From contig JAIRYW010000058.1 in the NCBI GenBank assembly GCA_031267645.1, positions 1,106 through 65,105 on the forward strand: a stretch of 64,000 nucleotides of DNA, read 5' to 3'. Positions within the stretch are counted from its first letter, which is position 1, and every line of letters starts with the position of its first letter. This DNA is from Propionibacteriaceae bacterium (GTDB lineage Bacteria; Actinomycetota; Actinomycetes; Propionibacteriales; Propionibacteriaceae). Of the stretch, positions 48,212 through 58,030 are shown in pieces. The notes under the pieces were generated by a model, which worked only from the letters and a program-made list of their open reading frames with translations, searched no databases and was not told where the DNA came from. A program made the position numbers and the translations under genes.

Positions 48212-49069
48212 TCATCCTTTCAGGCCGGACATCTTGACGCCTTGGGCGATGTGGCGTTGCAAGACCAAGAACAGCAACATGACCGGCAGGACGCTGAGCA
48301 AGGAGGCCGCGAACAGGCCGGGCAGGTTGAGGTTGTACGAGTTGAGGAAGGTGGACAAGGCCACTTGGATGGTCCAGGTCGACTCGTCCTGACCCACCAC
48401 CAAAGGCCAGAGGAATCCGTTCCAGCTCCAGATGAAGCTGATGGTCCCCAGGGCCACCGTCACTCCGACTGAGTTGGGCAAGACGACGCGCAGGAAGACG
48501 CCCCACGGCCCCAGGCCGTCCAACCGTCCGGCCTCCTCCAAATCACGCGGGAAGTCCAAGAAGGCCTGCCGGAAGATGAACATGGTGAAGACGCTGAAGA
48601 CGCCCGGCATGATGATGCCTAGCAGGGTGTTGATCCAGCCCAGTGCGGCCACGACCGCGAAGGTGGGCACGAAGGTGACCGCGCTGGGCACCATCAAAGT
48701 GCCCAACAGCAGCAGGAAGACTTTGTTCGCGTGCCGGTAGCCGATCCGCGCCAGGCCATAGCCGGCGGTGGCCGCCACCGCCAGTTGGGCGACGGTCTGG
48801 ACGGTGGCGATCACGGCCGAGTTGAGCATGGCCCGCAGCACCGGCGAGGAGGCGTGGAGCAGATCGGCCAGGTTGGACCAGTCGGGGTGGGACGGGAACC
48901 AGACCCACTGGAAGCCGGTGATCTGGGCCCGTGTGCTCAGCGCGTTGCGCAGGATGATGTAGTACGGCAGCAGGAAGAGCAGGCTGAGCCCGATCAAGAC
49001 GGCGTACAAGGCGACGCGCCGTCCGACTCGACCGGCCCGACGGCGGTGGGCGTCAGTTGTTCTGGCCAC
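48212..49069 (-). CDS. Carbohydrate ABC transporter permease (MalG/MsmG-like)
   Basis: 6-TM permease with an EAA-type loop (LEEAGRLDGLGPWGVFLRVVLP). Confidence 0.9.
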   Translation of the reverse strand: MARTTDAHRRRAGRVGRRVALYAVLIGLSLLFLLPYYIILRNALSTRAQITGFQWVWFPSHPDWSNLADLLHASSPVLRAMLNSAVIATVQTVAQLAVAATAGYGLARIGYRHANKVFLLLLGTLMVPSAVTFVPTFAVVAALGWINTLLGIIMPGVFSVFTMFIFRQAFLDFPRDLEEAGRLDGLGPWGVFLRVVLPNSVGVTVALGTISFIWSWNGFLWPLVVGQDESTWTIQVALSTFLNSYNLNLPGLFAASLLSVLPVMLLFLVLQRHIAQGVKMSGLKG

Positions 49070-49985
49070 GGTTCAGCCCCAACAGCTTTCCTTGGACGAG
49101 GGTGAAGACCACGATGACGATGGTCAGGACGAAACCCCCGGCCGATCCCAAGCCGTAATTCTGGCCCCGGAAGGCGATCGAGTAGAGATAGACCAACGGC
49201 GGCATGGCCAGGCTGAGGTTGCCCTGGGCGCCGCCGCCGGCCGACCCCAGGATGTTGTAGAACTCGTCGAAGGCCTGGAAGGCGCCGATCAGGCAGACCA
49301 CCGCCACGGAGATGGTGGTGTTGCGCAGCAGCGGCAAGGTTATGTAGCGCAGCTCTTGGAAGACGTTGCGCACCCGGTCGATCCGGGCGGCCTCGTAGAG
49401 CTCCTGCGGGATCTCTTGCAGGCCGGCCGTGAAGATGATCATGTAGAAGCCGACCTGGAGCCACAGCCTGACTGTCACCAGGACGAACCAGTACAACGGC
49501 GGGTCGAGTTGTCCGATCCAAGCCACCGGGTCCTGGCCGAACCAGCCGGCCACCCGGTTGGCCAGGCCGGTGGGCAAGCCGTTGAACAGGCTCATGCGCC
49601 AGACGGCCGAGGCCACCACGTAGGAACAGGCCGTCGGGATGAAGAAGATGGTTCGGAAGATTCCCTTGCCCCAGGGCGTGGCGTTGACCAACAGGGCCAG
49701 GCAGAGGGAGAGGGCCAGCGTGCCCGGCACGATCAGGAGGGCGAAGACCACCACCAGGACCAGGGAGTGACGGAAGGCCGGGTCGCTCAGGATCTGGAGG
49801 TAGTTGGCCAGTCCGACGAAACGGGTCGGCCTGATCGTGGTTTGGGCGCTGGAGAACGACAACGTCAGTCCCCAGACGATGGGTGTCAAGACGAAGATCG
49901 TCACGCCGAGGGCCATCGGAGCGACGAAGCTCCAGAAGGTCCGCGCCGTGCGCCGCCGCCGGACGCGCTGGCCTGTCTCAGTCAT
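49053..49985 (-). CDS. Carbohydrate ABC transporter permease (MalF/MsmF-like)
   Basis: EAA loop LYEAARIDRVRNVFQELRYITLPLL. Overlaps the downstream permease gene. Confidence 0.9.
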   Translation of the reverse strand: MTETGQRVRRRRTARTFWSFVAPMALGVTIFVLTPIVWGLTLSFSSAQTTIRPTRFVGLANYLQILSDPAFRHSLVLVVVFALLIVPGTLALSLCLALLVNATPWGKGIFRTIFFIPTACSYVVASAVWRMSLFNGLPTGLANRVAGWFGQDPVAWIGQLDPPLYWFVLVTVRLWLQVGFYMIIFTAGLQEIPQELYEAARIDRVRNVFQELRYITLPLLRNTTISVAVVCLIGAFQAFDEFYNILGSAGGGAQGNLSLAMPPLVYLYSIAFRGQNYGLGSAGGFVLTIVIVVFTLVQGKLLGLNRGQNN

Positions 49986-49988
49986 GGC

Positions 49989-51287
49989 TCAGCCGATCTT
50001 GGACTCCGCCGCGATGCGGTCGAGCTCCGATTGGATGGTGGCGGCGCAGCGGGTCACTTCGGCCACCGGGTCGGCGTTGTCGCGGATGATGTTGTTCAAG
50101 GCGGTGGTGATGGACAATTCGATGGCGGAGGTCCAGTAGGGACCGCCGTAGAGGTGGCCGTAGTCGACCTGGGCGTCGACGAAGTCGCGCGCCACCCCGG
50201 ACTTCAACTCGTCGACCGAGTCGATGATGCTGAAGCGCACCGGCGTGGTGCTGGAGAAGGCCGTCTGCCACTCGGTTTGAGCGGCCACGTTCTCGATCCA
50301 GAGCCAGCGCACGAAGTCTTTGGCCGCTTGGACGTTGGGCGAGGCCGCGTTGACCTGCTCGTACCAACCGCCGTACCAGGTGGCGGGCTGGCCGTCCGAG
50401 TCGAGAGCGGGCCAGGGGACGGCCCCGAAATCATCGCCCAGCGCCTCTTGGACCTGAGGCAGGGTCCATTGGCCGCCCCACTGCATGGCGGCCAAGCCGT
50501 CGATGAAGGCGGAGGAGTCCCACCAGTCCTGCGGGGCGCCCAACAAGAGCGAGTTGCTGCTGCACAATTCCTTCAGCTTGCTGAAGGCTTGAGCGGTACG
50601 GTCGACGTCGAGCACCAGGCGGCCGTCCTGGCTGATGATCTCGGTGCCGGAGGCCCAGATCGATATCCAAGGTAGATTTCCACTGGAGCAGCCATCGTTG
50701 CCGATGAAGAGGCCCTTCTGGGTCGATGTGGTCAGCTGCTCGGCCGCCGCGATCAGCTGGTCCATGGTCTGAGGCGGTGCGATCCCGGCCTGAGCCAACA
50801 AAGACTTGCGGTAGAAGAGCAGGCCGGTGCCGTCTTGGGTGGCGATGCCGTAGACCTGGCCGTCGACCGACATGGCCGCGATGTTATTGGGGTTGAAGTC
50901 GGACAGTTCGGCCCCGAAGATGTCGTCCAGAGGGGCGACTTGGCCGGCCCAGATGCGTTCGCCCAACGGCGTCGACTCGAAGATGTCGGGCCCCTGGCCG
51001 GCCAAGAGAGCGGCGTTCAGCTTGGTGTCGTAGTCGGTCGGGATCCAGACCACTTCGACGGTCACATCGGGGTGGTCCTGGGAGTATTCGGCGGCGTAGC
51101 GTTCGACCGCGTCCCGGGTGCCCGTCTGGCCGTACTCGTGGTACCACTGGGTCAGATGGATGGTCCCGGTCGTGCCGTCGGATCCGTCGTCGCCCGAGGA
51201 CACGTCGGAGCAGGCGCCCAGAGCCAGGCTGGTCGAGGTCAGGGCCAGAGCGCAGACCGCGCCGGCCAATCGTTTGGGTTTGTACAT
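49989..51287 (-). CDS. Sugar ABC transporter substrate-binding lipoprotein
   Basis: Lipobox LALGACSD. Family 1 extracellular solute-binding pattern. First gene of the importer. Confidence 0.9.
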   Translation of the reverse strand: MYKPKRLAGAVCALALTSTSLALGACSDVSSGDDGSDGTTGTIHLTQWYHEYGQTGTRDAVERYAAEYSQDHPDVTVEVVWIPTDYDTKLNAALLAGQGPDIFESTPLGERIWAGQVAPLDDIFGAELSDFNPNNIAAMSVDGQVYGIATQDGTGLLFYRKSLLAQAGIAPPQTMDQLIAAAEQLTTSTQKGLFIGNDGCSSGNLPWISIWASGTEIISQDGRLVLDVDRTAQAFSKLKELCSSNSLLLGAPQDWWDSSAFIDGLAAMQWGGQWTLPQVQEALGDDFGAVPWPALDSDGQPATWYGGWYEQVNAASPNVQAAKDFVRWLWIENVAAQTEWQTAFSSTTPVRFSIIDSVDELKSGVARDFVDAQVDYGHLYGGPYWTSAIELSITTALNNIIRDNADPVAEVTRCAATIQSELDRIAAESKIG

Positions 51288-51429
51288 TTCGATGACTCCT
51301 TCGTCAGCGAGGGGTGGTCGATCTGATCCGACCGTACGTAAGGCGCGGTCGCCGGGCGAATGCAGGTTCGGACGATGTGCCTGGACAAAACGATGAACGC
51401 CCCCTCGGACCAGGCGGTTGGAGCGGCCG

Positions 51430-52296
51430 TCAGCCCTTGGCGGCGGCCCGGTACTCGGTCGGGCTGAGCCCGTGGGTCTGGTGGAATTTACGCGAGAAGT
51501 AGAACGGGTCGTGGTAGCCGACCTGGCGCGCCACCTTGGTGATGGGCCAGTCGGTCGAGTCGAGCAAGACGCGGGCCTTGTTCATGCGCAGGCTGGTCTG
51601 GTACTGCAGCACGCCGCAGCCGGTGGCTTTGCGGAAGAGGGCGGCGAAGTGGGAGGTCGACAGCATGGCCGACTCGGCCAGCTGGTCGACGGAGAAGGCC
51701 CGTTCGGGCTGGTCCCGCAGCAGGCGCAGGACGCCGGCGATCGGATCGGGCCGGTCGCGAGGGGCGCGCCGCTGGCTGGGCAGCAGGGCCAGCAGCTGCC
51801 ACATCGCTCCGGCCGCGCCCTGCAGGGAGGCCGGCGAGGCGTCGCGCTCCATGAACTCCAAGGCCAGTTCGACCAGCCGGGCCAGGCGCGGGGGGTCGGC
51901 CACGTTGAAGACCGCCGTGGCGGCTGTGACGCCGGCCGCCTCCAGCAGGCCGGCGGTGTCGGCGCCGGTGACGTGGGCCCACCAGATCGTCCACGGGTGC
52001 TGGGCGTCGGCCCCGTAACGGTGGGGCTGGTCGGGCGGCACGACGACGACCTGTCCGGTCGTGACGCTGTGGCGCTGATCTCCCAGTTCGACCCAACCGC
52101 CGCCCTCCGTGCAGACCATGAAGATGGCCGCCGGCGAGCCGTGCGGACGTTCGCGCCAGTGGTCGGCGGCGGTTGGGAAATAGCCGCAGTCGGTCACCAC
52201 CAGAGCGCCGGTGACGGGCCGGGTCAGAGCCTCCCGCACGACCGGTCGGGCCAGCACCTGGATGCGTTGCCCACTGAAGCCATCGGCTTTGCCCAT
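51430..52296 (-). CDS. AraC-family transcriptional regulator (MsmR-like)
   Basis: ORF 51430..52635 trimmed to the ATG at 52296. Cupin-like N-domain plus AraC HTH (FSVDQLAESAMLSTSHFAALFRK...VARQVGYHDPFYFSRKFHQTHGLSPTEYR). Confidence 0.85.
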   Translation of the reverse strand: MGKADGFSGQRIQVLARPVVREALTRPVTGALVVTDCGYFPTAADHWRERPHGSPAAIFMVCTEGGGWVELGDQRHSVTTGQVVVVPPDQPHRYGADAQHPWTIWWAHVTGADTAGLLEAAGVTAATAVFNVADPPRLARLVELALEFMERDASPASLQGAAGAMWQLLALLPSQRRAPRDRPDPIAGVLRLLRDQPERAFSVDQLAESAMLSTSHFAALFRKATGCGVLQYQTSLRMNKARVLLDSTDWPITKVARQVGYHDPFYFSRKFHQTHGLSPTEYRAAAKG

Positions 52297-52389
52297 GCCG
52301 CGATTCTGGCCCGCTATCGCAGGATTGTCCAGGTGGACAGTGCGATCGGGCATGGGACGCGGCCCGCGCCCGCCGCTACGTTCGAGGGC

Positions 52390-55300
52390 ATGCCACAGCC
52401 GTCGACCGACCCCGCCGGGGGCCTCGCCCCCGCCGCCGACCCGGCCGGACGGTCGGAGCGCCCCGCTGGCCCGGCCCAGCCCGACCATCCGGCCCCGCGC
52501 ATCGTCCTGCCCCGCCGCCCGGCCCGGCTGGAGCGGGCCGCGGTGGCGGTTTGGAGCCAGCCGGTCGAGATCGAGACCTACCCGGTGGGGGAGCCCGACC
52601 CCTACCCGGCTTACTTCGAGCGGCGGGTCTTCCAAGGCTCCTCCGGGACGGTCTATCCGCTGCCGTTCATCGACCGGGTCTCACGGATCCGGTCGCCCCA
52701 GCGCTGGCAGGCCGTCCACCTGGAGAACGAGTTCTTGCGCCTGATGGTGTTGCCCGAGTTGGGCGGGCGGATCCAGATCGGCCAGGACCGCACCAATGGC
52801 TACGACTTCGTCTACCGCAACAATGTCATCAAGCCGGCCCTGGTCGGATTGGCCGGGCCTTGGATCTCGGGCGGCGTCGAGTTCAACTGGCCCCAGCACC
52901 ACCGTCCGGCCACCTTCCTGCCGGTCGACCACCAGATCGAGGCGGCCGACGACGGTTCGGTCACCTTGTGGTGCTCCGACCACGATCCCTTCGACCGCAT
53001 GAAGGGGATGCATGGCGTCAGGCTACGGCCGGGCAGTTCGGTGCTGGAGGTGAGGGTGCGCTGCTACAACCGCTCGGTCCTGCCTCAGACCTTCCTGTGG
53101 TGGTCGAACCTGGCGGCGGCGGCCGGGGACCACTACCAGTCCTTCTTCCCACCCGACGTCGACGTCATGGCCGACCACGCCAAGCGCGCCACCGTCACCT
53201 TCCCCAAAGCCAGCGCCGCCTACTACGGCGTGGACTACCCGGCCCGGGTCGACGCCGAGCACCCTCAGGCGGACCGGATCGACTGGTACCGCAACATTCC
53301 GGCGCCGACGTCGTACATGTGCGTGGGCTCGCAGGGCGATTTCTTCGGCGGTTACGACCACGCCCTTAAGGCTGGTTTCGTGGCCTGGGCCGACCACCGG
53401 GTGGCTCCGGGCAAGAAACAGTGGACCTGGGGCAACTCTCCCTTCGGGTGGGCCTGGGACCGGCAGCTGACGGACGGCGACGGGCCCTACGTCGAACTGA
53501 TGTCCGGCGCTTACACCGACAACCAGCCCGATTTTTCCTTCCTGGCTCCGGGCGAGACCAAGACCTTCTCCCAGTATTGGTATCCGATCCGTCGGATCGG
53601 ACCGGTCCAAGCCGCCACCTTGGCGGCCGCCTTGGCCGTCCAACCGTTGGACCAGGCGGCTCAGCCGCTTCCGCTGGACGGCGGTCAGGCGGTCTCGGCG
53701 CTGTCGCTGGGGGCGGCGGTGACCCGGGACCGGCCCGGCTGCCAGTTGCGCCTGACCGACGCGACCGGCGCCGGGCTGTGGCAAGGCTGGGGCGACCTGT
53801 CGCCAGCCGACCCTTGGATGGTCCGGATCGAGTTGGAGCGGCCGGTGGCGCTGGACCGTTTGGAGGTCGAGCTGTGGCAGGACGGCGAGCGGCTGGTCGG
53901 TTGGCGCTGGAGCGGCCGGCGGGTCAGCCAGACGGCCGCCGCCTGGCCGGCCGACCCCGTGCCGAGCCCGGACCGGATCGAGACGGTCGAAGGCCTCGAT
54001 TTGGCGGCCCGGCATCTGGAGCAGTACCGCCACGCCACCCGTTCGCCGGAGGACTACCTGCGGGAGGCGCTGCGGCGGGACCCGGGGGACTCCCGCGGCG
54101 GCGCCATGTTGGCGGCCCGGCGCTACCGGCAGGGTCGGTTCGAGGAGGCGGCCGAACTGGCCCGGGCGGCCGTCGGACGGCTGACCGCGCACAATTTGAA
54201 TCCATATGACGGCGAACCGCACTATCTGCTGGGACTGGCCCTGGGGCGCTTGGGCGACGACGAAGGCGCCTTGGACGCCTTGGTCAAGTCGGCTTGGACG
54301 GCGGCTTGGCACCAACCCGGTCTGGTGGCGGCGGCCCGGTTGGAGCTACGGACTGGACGCTTGGAGCAGGCTCTGGCCCATCTGGAGGAGGTGGTGGCCC
54401 GGGACGGCGCCCATTTGCAGGCCCGGGACCTGTTGGCCGTGGCTCTACGCCGCTTCGGACTGGCCGACCGAGCCGACCAGGTGGTGGCCCAGACCTTGTC
54501 GTTGGATCCCTTGGATTGGTGGGCCCGCGACTTGGCCGGTCAGCCTTTGGAGACCGACCCGCAGACCTCGATCGATCTGGTGGTGGAGTACCTCGGCGTC
54601 GGGGCTTGTCTGGACGCCCTGCGGGTGGCCGAGCGGGGGCTGGCGCTGGCTCGAGGTAATGTCAATGTTGGATTGACTAAAGCCGGGCCGCTCTTGCATT
54701 ACTACCGGGCTTTCGCGTTGGACCGGCTGGGCCGACCTGGACCGGCCGCCCAGGCTCGCCGAGCGGCCCGGGAGCACGACCCGACCGGCTGCTTCCTGGT
54801 CCGGTTGGACGACGTCGAGGTGGTGCGGGCGGCCTTGGCGGCGGAGCCGGACGACCCCAGGGCCCACGCCCTGCTGGGGCATTGGTCGTACCACGTCGGG
54901 CGGACCGACCAGGCTCAGGAGCACTGGCGGCGGGCGGCGGAGGGCGACCCGAGCGACGCTGTCTGCTTGCGCAATCTGGCCATGGCGGCTCACAACCAGA
55001 ACCATGATCCGGCGGCGGCGGCCCACTGGTACGACCGGGCCTTGGCCGTGCGCCCGGACGACGCCAAATTGCGCTTCGAACACGATCAGATCCAAGCCCG
55101 TCTGGGGGCGACCCCGCGGCAGCGGCTACAGGCCCTGTCGGAGCGGCCCGACTTGGTGGCCCAACGTGACGACCTGACCATCCAATGCGCCGAACTGGCC
55201 TGTCTGTCGGACCGCCCCGAGTTGGCGGTCGAACTGCTGTCCGGTCGTCAGTTCACGCCTTGGGAGGGGGGCGAGGGGGTCGCCTTGGCGGCTTGGGAGC

Positions 55301-55908
55301 ACGCCCACGCCCTCTTGGCCCGCCGAACTGGCGGCCGGGACGCGGTCGAATTGCTGCGCTCGGCCCTCGACCCGCCGGACAGCTTGGGCGAGGCCCGCCA
55401 CCCTCTGGCCAACGCCTCCGACCTGTGGCTGGCCCTGGGCGACGCCTTGGCGGAGTTGGGCCAAGAGGCTGAAGCCCGGTCTTGGTGGGAGCGGGCGGCC
55501 GATCAGAGGGGCGACTTCCAGGCCATGGCGCACCGTCCCCACTCCGAGATGACGTACCACTCGGTGCTGGCCTGCCGTCGGCTGGGCTGGTCGGAGCAGG
55601 CCGAGCGCCTGCTGGACGGGCTGGCCCGGTTCGTCGATCAGCAAGCCGCCACCGAGCCGGCGGTCGATTATTTCGCCACCTCCTTGCCCGATCTGATGGT
55701 CTTCACCCCCGACCTGGCCGCTCAGAGCCGCCGTCGGCTCGGGTTGCTGCGGGCCCAAGTGGCCCAACTGCGGGGTGAGACGGCTCGGGCCACCGCCGAG
55801 TTGGACGCCGTCCTGGCCCAAGACCCGGCCGACCTGACGGCGTTCTTGTGGGCGTCGAGCCGGCCGCGCTCCGGCCCAGGGTCCATTCAGCCGGCCGGTC
55901 CACGTTAA
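52390..55908 (+). CDS. DUF5107-like N-domain protein with a long TPR-like C-terminal region (1,172 aa)
   Basis: ORF 51418..55908 trimmed to the ATG at 52390; the upstream part is antisense to the AraC gene. N-terminal blocks YPYP..VFQGSSG.VYPLPF, GGVEFNWPQHHRP, KKQWTWGN. The C-terminal half is helical Ala/Leu/Arg repeats. The DUF5107 assignment is from memory. Confidence 0.7.
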   Translation: MPQPSTDPAGGLAPAADPAGRSERPAGPAQPDHPAPRIVLPRRPARLERAAVAVWSQPVEIETYPVGEPDPYPAYFERRVFQGSSGTVYPLPFIDRVSRIRSPQRWQAVHLENEFLRLMVLPELGGRIQIGQDRTNGYDFVYRNNVIKPALVGLAGPWISGGVEFNWPQHHRPATFLPVDHQIEAADDGSVTLWCSDHDPFDRMKGMHGVRLRPGSSVLEVRVRCYNRSVLPQTFLWWSNLAAAAGDHYQSFFPPDVDVMADHAKRATVTFPKASAAYYGVDYPARVDAEHPQADRIDWYRNIPAPTSYMCVGSQGDFFGGYDHALKAGFVAWADHRVAPGKKQWTWGNSPFGWAWDRQLTDGDGPYVELMSGAYTDNQPDFSFLAPGETKTFSQYWYPIRRIGPVQAATLAAALAVQPLDQAAQPLPLDGGQAVSALSLGAAVTRDRPGCQLRLTDATGAGLWQGWGDLSPADPWMVRIELERPVALDRLEVELWQDGERLVGWRWSGRRVSQTAAAWPADPVPSPDRIETVEGLDLAARHLEQYRHATRSPEDYLREALRRDPGDSRGGAMLAARRYRQGRFEEAAELARAAVGRLTAHNLNPYDGEPHYLLGLALGRLGDDEGALDALVKSAWTAAWHQPGLVAAARLELRTGRLEQALAHLEEVVARDGAHLQARDLLAVALRRFGLADRADQVVAQTLSLDPLDWWARDLAGQPLETDPQTSIDLVVEYLGVGACLDALRVAERGLALARGNVNVGLTKAGPLLHYYRAFALDRLGRPGPAAQARRAAREHDPTGCFLVRLDDVEVVRAALAAEPDDPRAHALLGHWSYHVGRTDQAQEHWRRAAEGDPSDAVCLRNLAMAAHNQNHDPAAAAHWYDRALAVRPDDAKLRFEHDQIQARLGATPRQRLQALSERPDLVAQRDDLTIQCAELACLSDRPELAVELLSGRQFTPWEGGEGVALAAWEHAHALLARRTGGRDAVELLRSALDPPDSLGEARHPLANASDLWLALGDALAELGQEAEARSWWERAADQRGDFQAMAHRPHSEMTYHSVLACRRLGWSEQAERLLDGLARFVDQQAATEPAVDYFATSLPDLMVFTPDLAAQSRRRLGLLRAQVAQLRGETARATAELDAVLAQDPADLTAFLWASSRPRSGPGSIQPAGPR

Positions 55909-56249
55909 TTGAGTGGGGGCGATGGATCAACGGTTAATATTGGATCAGCCGCCCAGCACCATTTCTGTGAGCTAGGCGGAGCTTGAAAAACCACGCTATT
56001 ACCCTTGTTCAGCTTGGTCCGATCTGATACACTGCAATCAAATCGGCGCATTAGTGGGACGATTTTATATAATCGAATACAACACAACGCAAAGGCGCGT
56101 TGAGTGGGTGACTATTGAGATTCTTGGGGTCGCGTTCCTGAGTTATCCGGGCGGCCCTTCTCGTCGTACGTTCCGTCGCCATCCAGATGGCCGGGCCAGT
56201 CCGTCACCGCGAATTCGCCAGCATTATCGTCACGAGGAGTGATCATCCA

Positions 56250-57797
56250 ATGACAGACTGTTTCATCGGTTTCGACTGCGGCACCATGGGCACCAAGGTG
56301 GCCTTGTACGACATCGACGGCCAATGCTTGGCCGAATGGTTCGAAGAGGTCCAGACCAACGTGCCCAAGCCCGGCTTCGTCGAGATGGACGCCAATCAGT
56401 ACTTCACCAACATCGTCACCGGCATCCGGGCCGTCTTGGCCAAGTCCGGCGTGCCGGGTAGCTCGGTCAAAGCCATCTCGGCCTCCGGCGTGGTGGACGG
56501 CACCGTGCCAGTGGACGACGACCTCAATCCGGTCGGCCCTTTCATCCCTTATCTGGACATGCGGGCCCAGGCCGAGGCCAAAGAGGTCAATGACACCATG
56601 GAGCCGATTTGGGTCGAGGAATCGGCCAAATGGGGCGTCGGCCCGGATTGCGTGCCGATGGTGATGCGGTGGTTGTACAAGAACAAGATCCCGTATGTGG
56701 AAAAGGCCAAGAAATTCCTCAACATCGCTCCCTTCGTCCTCAGCAAACTGGCCGGGTTGAAAGCCAAAGACGCTTATGTCGACTGGGCCCACGCCTCCGG
56801 CTGGCTCATTGGTTTCGATCTCAAGAATGACCAGTGGTCCGAGCGTCAATTCAAGATGTACGGCCTGCCGATGGACATTCTGCCCCGTATCGTCTCCCCG
56901 TTCGAAGTCATCGGACAGGTTTGCAAAGAAATGTCCGAGCTGACCGGTTTGGCCGAGGGCACGTCGGTGGTGGCCGGGGCCGGCGACCTGATGGCCTCGA
57001 CCCTGGGCGCCGGCCTGACCGAGGCCGGCCAGGCCTTCGACGTCTCCGGCACGGCTTCGATCATGACCTTCATCTTGGAGGACTTCCAGGCCGCCGTTAA
57101 CAACAAAGTCTTGGTCACCAGCAAGTACGTCTGGTCCGACCAACTCTGCCTGTGGGGCTGCACCTCGTCGGGCGGCTACTCGCTCGGGTGGTACCGCGAC
57201 GGCATCCTCAACATGAAGGGCATCGGCCCGGCTTACGCCATGATGGACGCCATCGCCAAGTCCACCCCGGCCGGGGCCGAGGCCAGCTTGTTCCTGCCTT
57301 ACCTGACCGGCACCATGACGCCGTCTTGGCCCAACGCCAAGGCCGCTTACCTGGGCTTGACGCCGGCTCACAACCAGGCCCACATGTGGCGGGCCATGTT
57401 GGAGGGCGTGGCTTGTGAGTACCGCCTCTTCCTCAGTTCGCTGGAGGAGCAGGGCATCACCTACGACCGTGTCTACGGCGTCGGCGGCGGCTCTCGTTCG
57501 CCCTTCTGGAACCAGATCAAGGCCGACATGCTGCACACGCCTTACTACCTGATCAACACCCAGGACACCGGCGCCTTGGGCAACTGCCTGATCGCCGCCC
57601 ACGGCTCCGGCCACATCGCCGACGTCAAGGCCACGGCCAAGGCTTGGACCCAAGAGACCAAGTCCTTCCAGCCCCGGCCGGAGTACGTCGACTTCTACAA
57701 CCGTTTCTGGGAGGTGCGCCAGAAGATAGTCGACGGCCCCATCACCGAGATGTTCAACCTGTGGGCCGAACTGGAGGCCATCACACCGCCTCGGTGA
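56250..57797 (+). CDS. FGGY-family carbohydrate kinase (xylulokinase-like)
   Basis: ORF 56187..57797 trimmed to the ATG at 56250 (gaggag RBS). FIGFDCGTMGTKVALYD; GAGDLMASTLGAG; GVGGGSRSPFWNQIKADM. Confidence 0.9.
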   Translation: MTDCFIGFDCGTMGTKVALYDIDGQCLAEWFEEVQTNVPKPGFVEMDANQYFTNIVTGIRAVLAKSGVPGSSVKAISASGVVDGTVPVDDDLNPVGPFIPYLDMRAQAEAKEVNDTMEPIWVEESAKWGVGPDCVPMVMRWLYKNKIPYVEKAKKFLNIAPFVLSKLAGLKAKDAYVDWAHASGWLIGFDLKNDQWSERQFKMYGLPMDILPRIVSPFEVIGQVCKEMSELTGLAEGTSVVAGAGDLMASTLGAGLTEAGQAFDVSGTASIMTFILEDFQAAVNNKVLVTSKYVWSDQLCLWGCTSSGGYSLGWYRDGILNMKGIGPAYAMMDAIAKSTPAGAEASLFLPYLTGTMTPSWPNAKAAYLGLTPAHNQAHMWRAMLEGVACEYRLFLSSLEEQGITYDRVYGVGGGSRSPFWNQIKADMLHTPYYLINTQDTGALGNCLIAAHGSGHIADVKATAKAWTQETKSFQPRPEYVDFYNRFWEVRQKIVDGPITEMFNLWAELEAITPPR

Positions 57798-57826
57798 GGT
57801 CGGATCGTTGACTGATTGATCGTCCT

Positions 57827-57859
57827 GAGGGGTCCGCCGGTCCGACCGGCGGACCCCTC
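57827..57859 (+). terminator. Stem-loop downstream of the FGGY kinase gene
   Basis: gaggggtccgccgg-tccga-ccggcggacccctc, a 14-bp perfect stem starting 30 nt after the stop. A related hairpin occurs at 59117-59149. Confidence 0.5.
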
Positions 57860-57867
57860 GGCGTCTT

Positions 57868-57937
57868 AGCCGGTGGCGCCCCGGGCGCGCAGGGGCAGGT
57901 AGACGAAGAGGAACTCCGTCACCTGGTCCCGGGCCAG
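57868..57937 (-). repeat. Displaced copy of the 3' end of the cyclase gene (direct repeat of 59197-59266)
   Basis: 66 of 70 nt identical. It reads in frame as LARDQVTEFLFVYLPLRARGATG-TAA. The live gene reads LARDQVTEFLFVCLPLRIRGATGSWVRPVAIV-stop. Confidence 0.75.
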
Positions 57938-58030
57938 ACCGATCCGGCAAATTTTCGGTGGACACTCTTCTAGGGGTTGGGCACGTCATTCCAACGAGGC
58001 ATGACTTCTCGCGTCCCGCCCTCCAATAGT

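Noticed and set aside
48212-51287. Missing ATPase in the sugar ABC importer, as an anomaly.
   Set aside because: This is normal for actinobacterial CUT1 systems, which share a distant MsiK-type ATPase.
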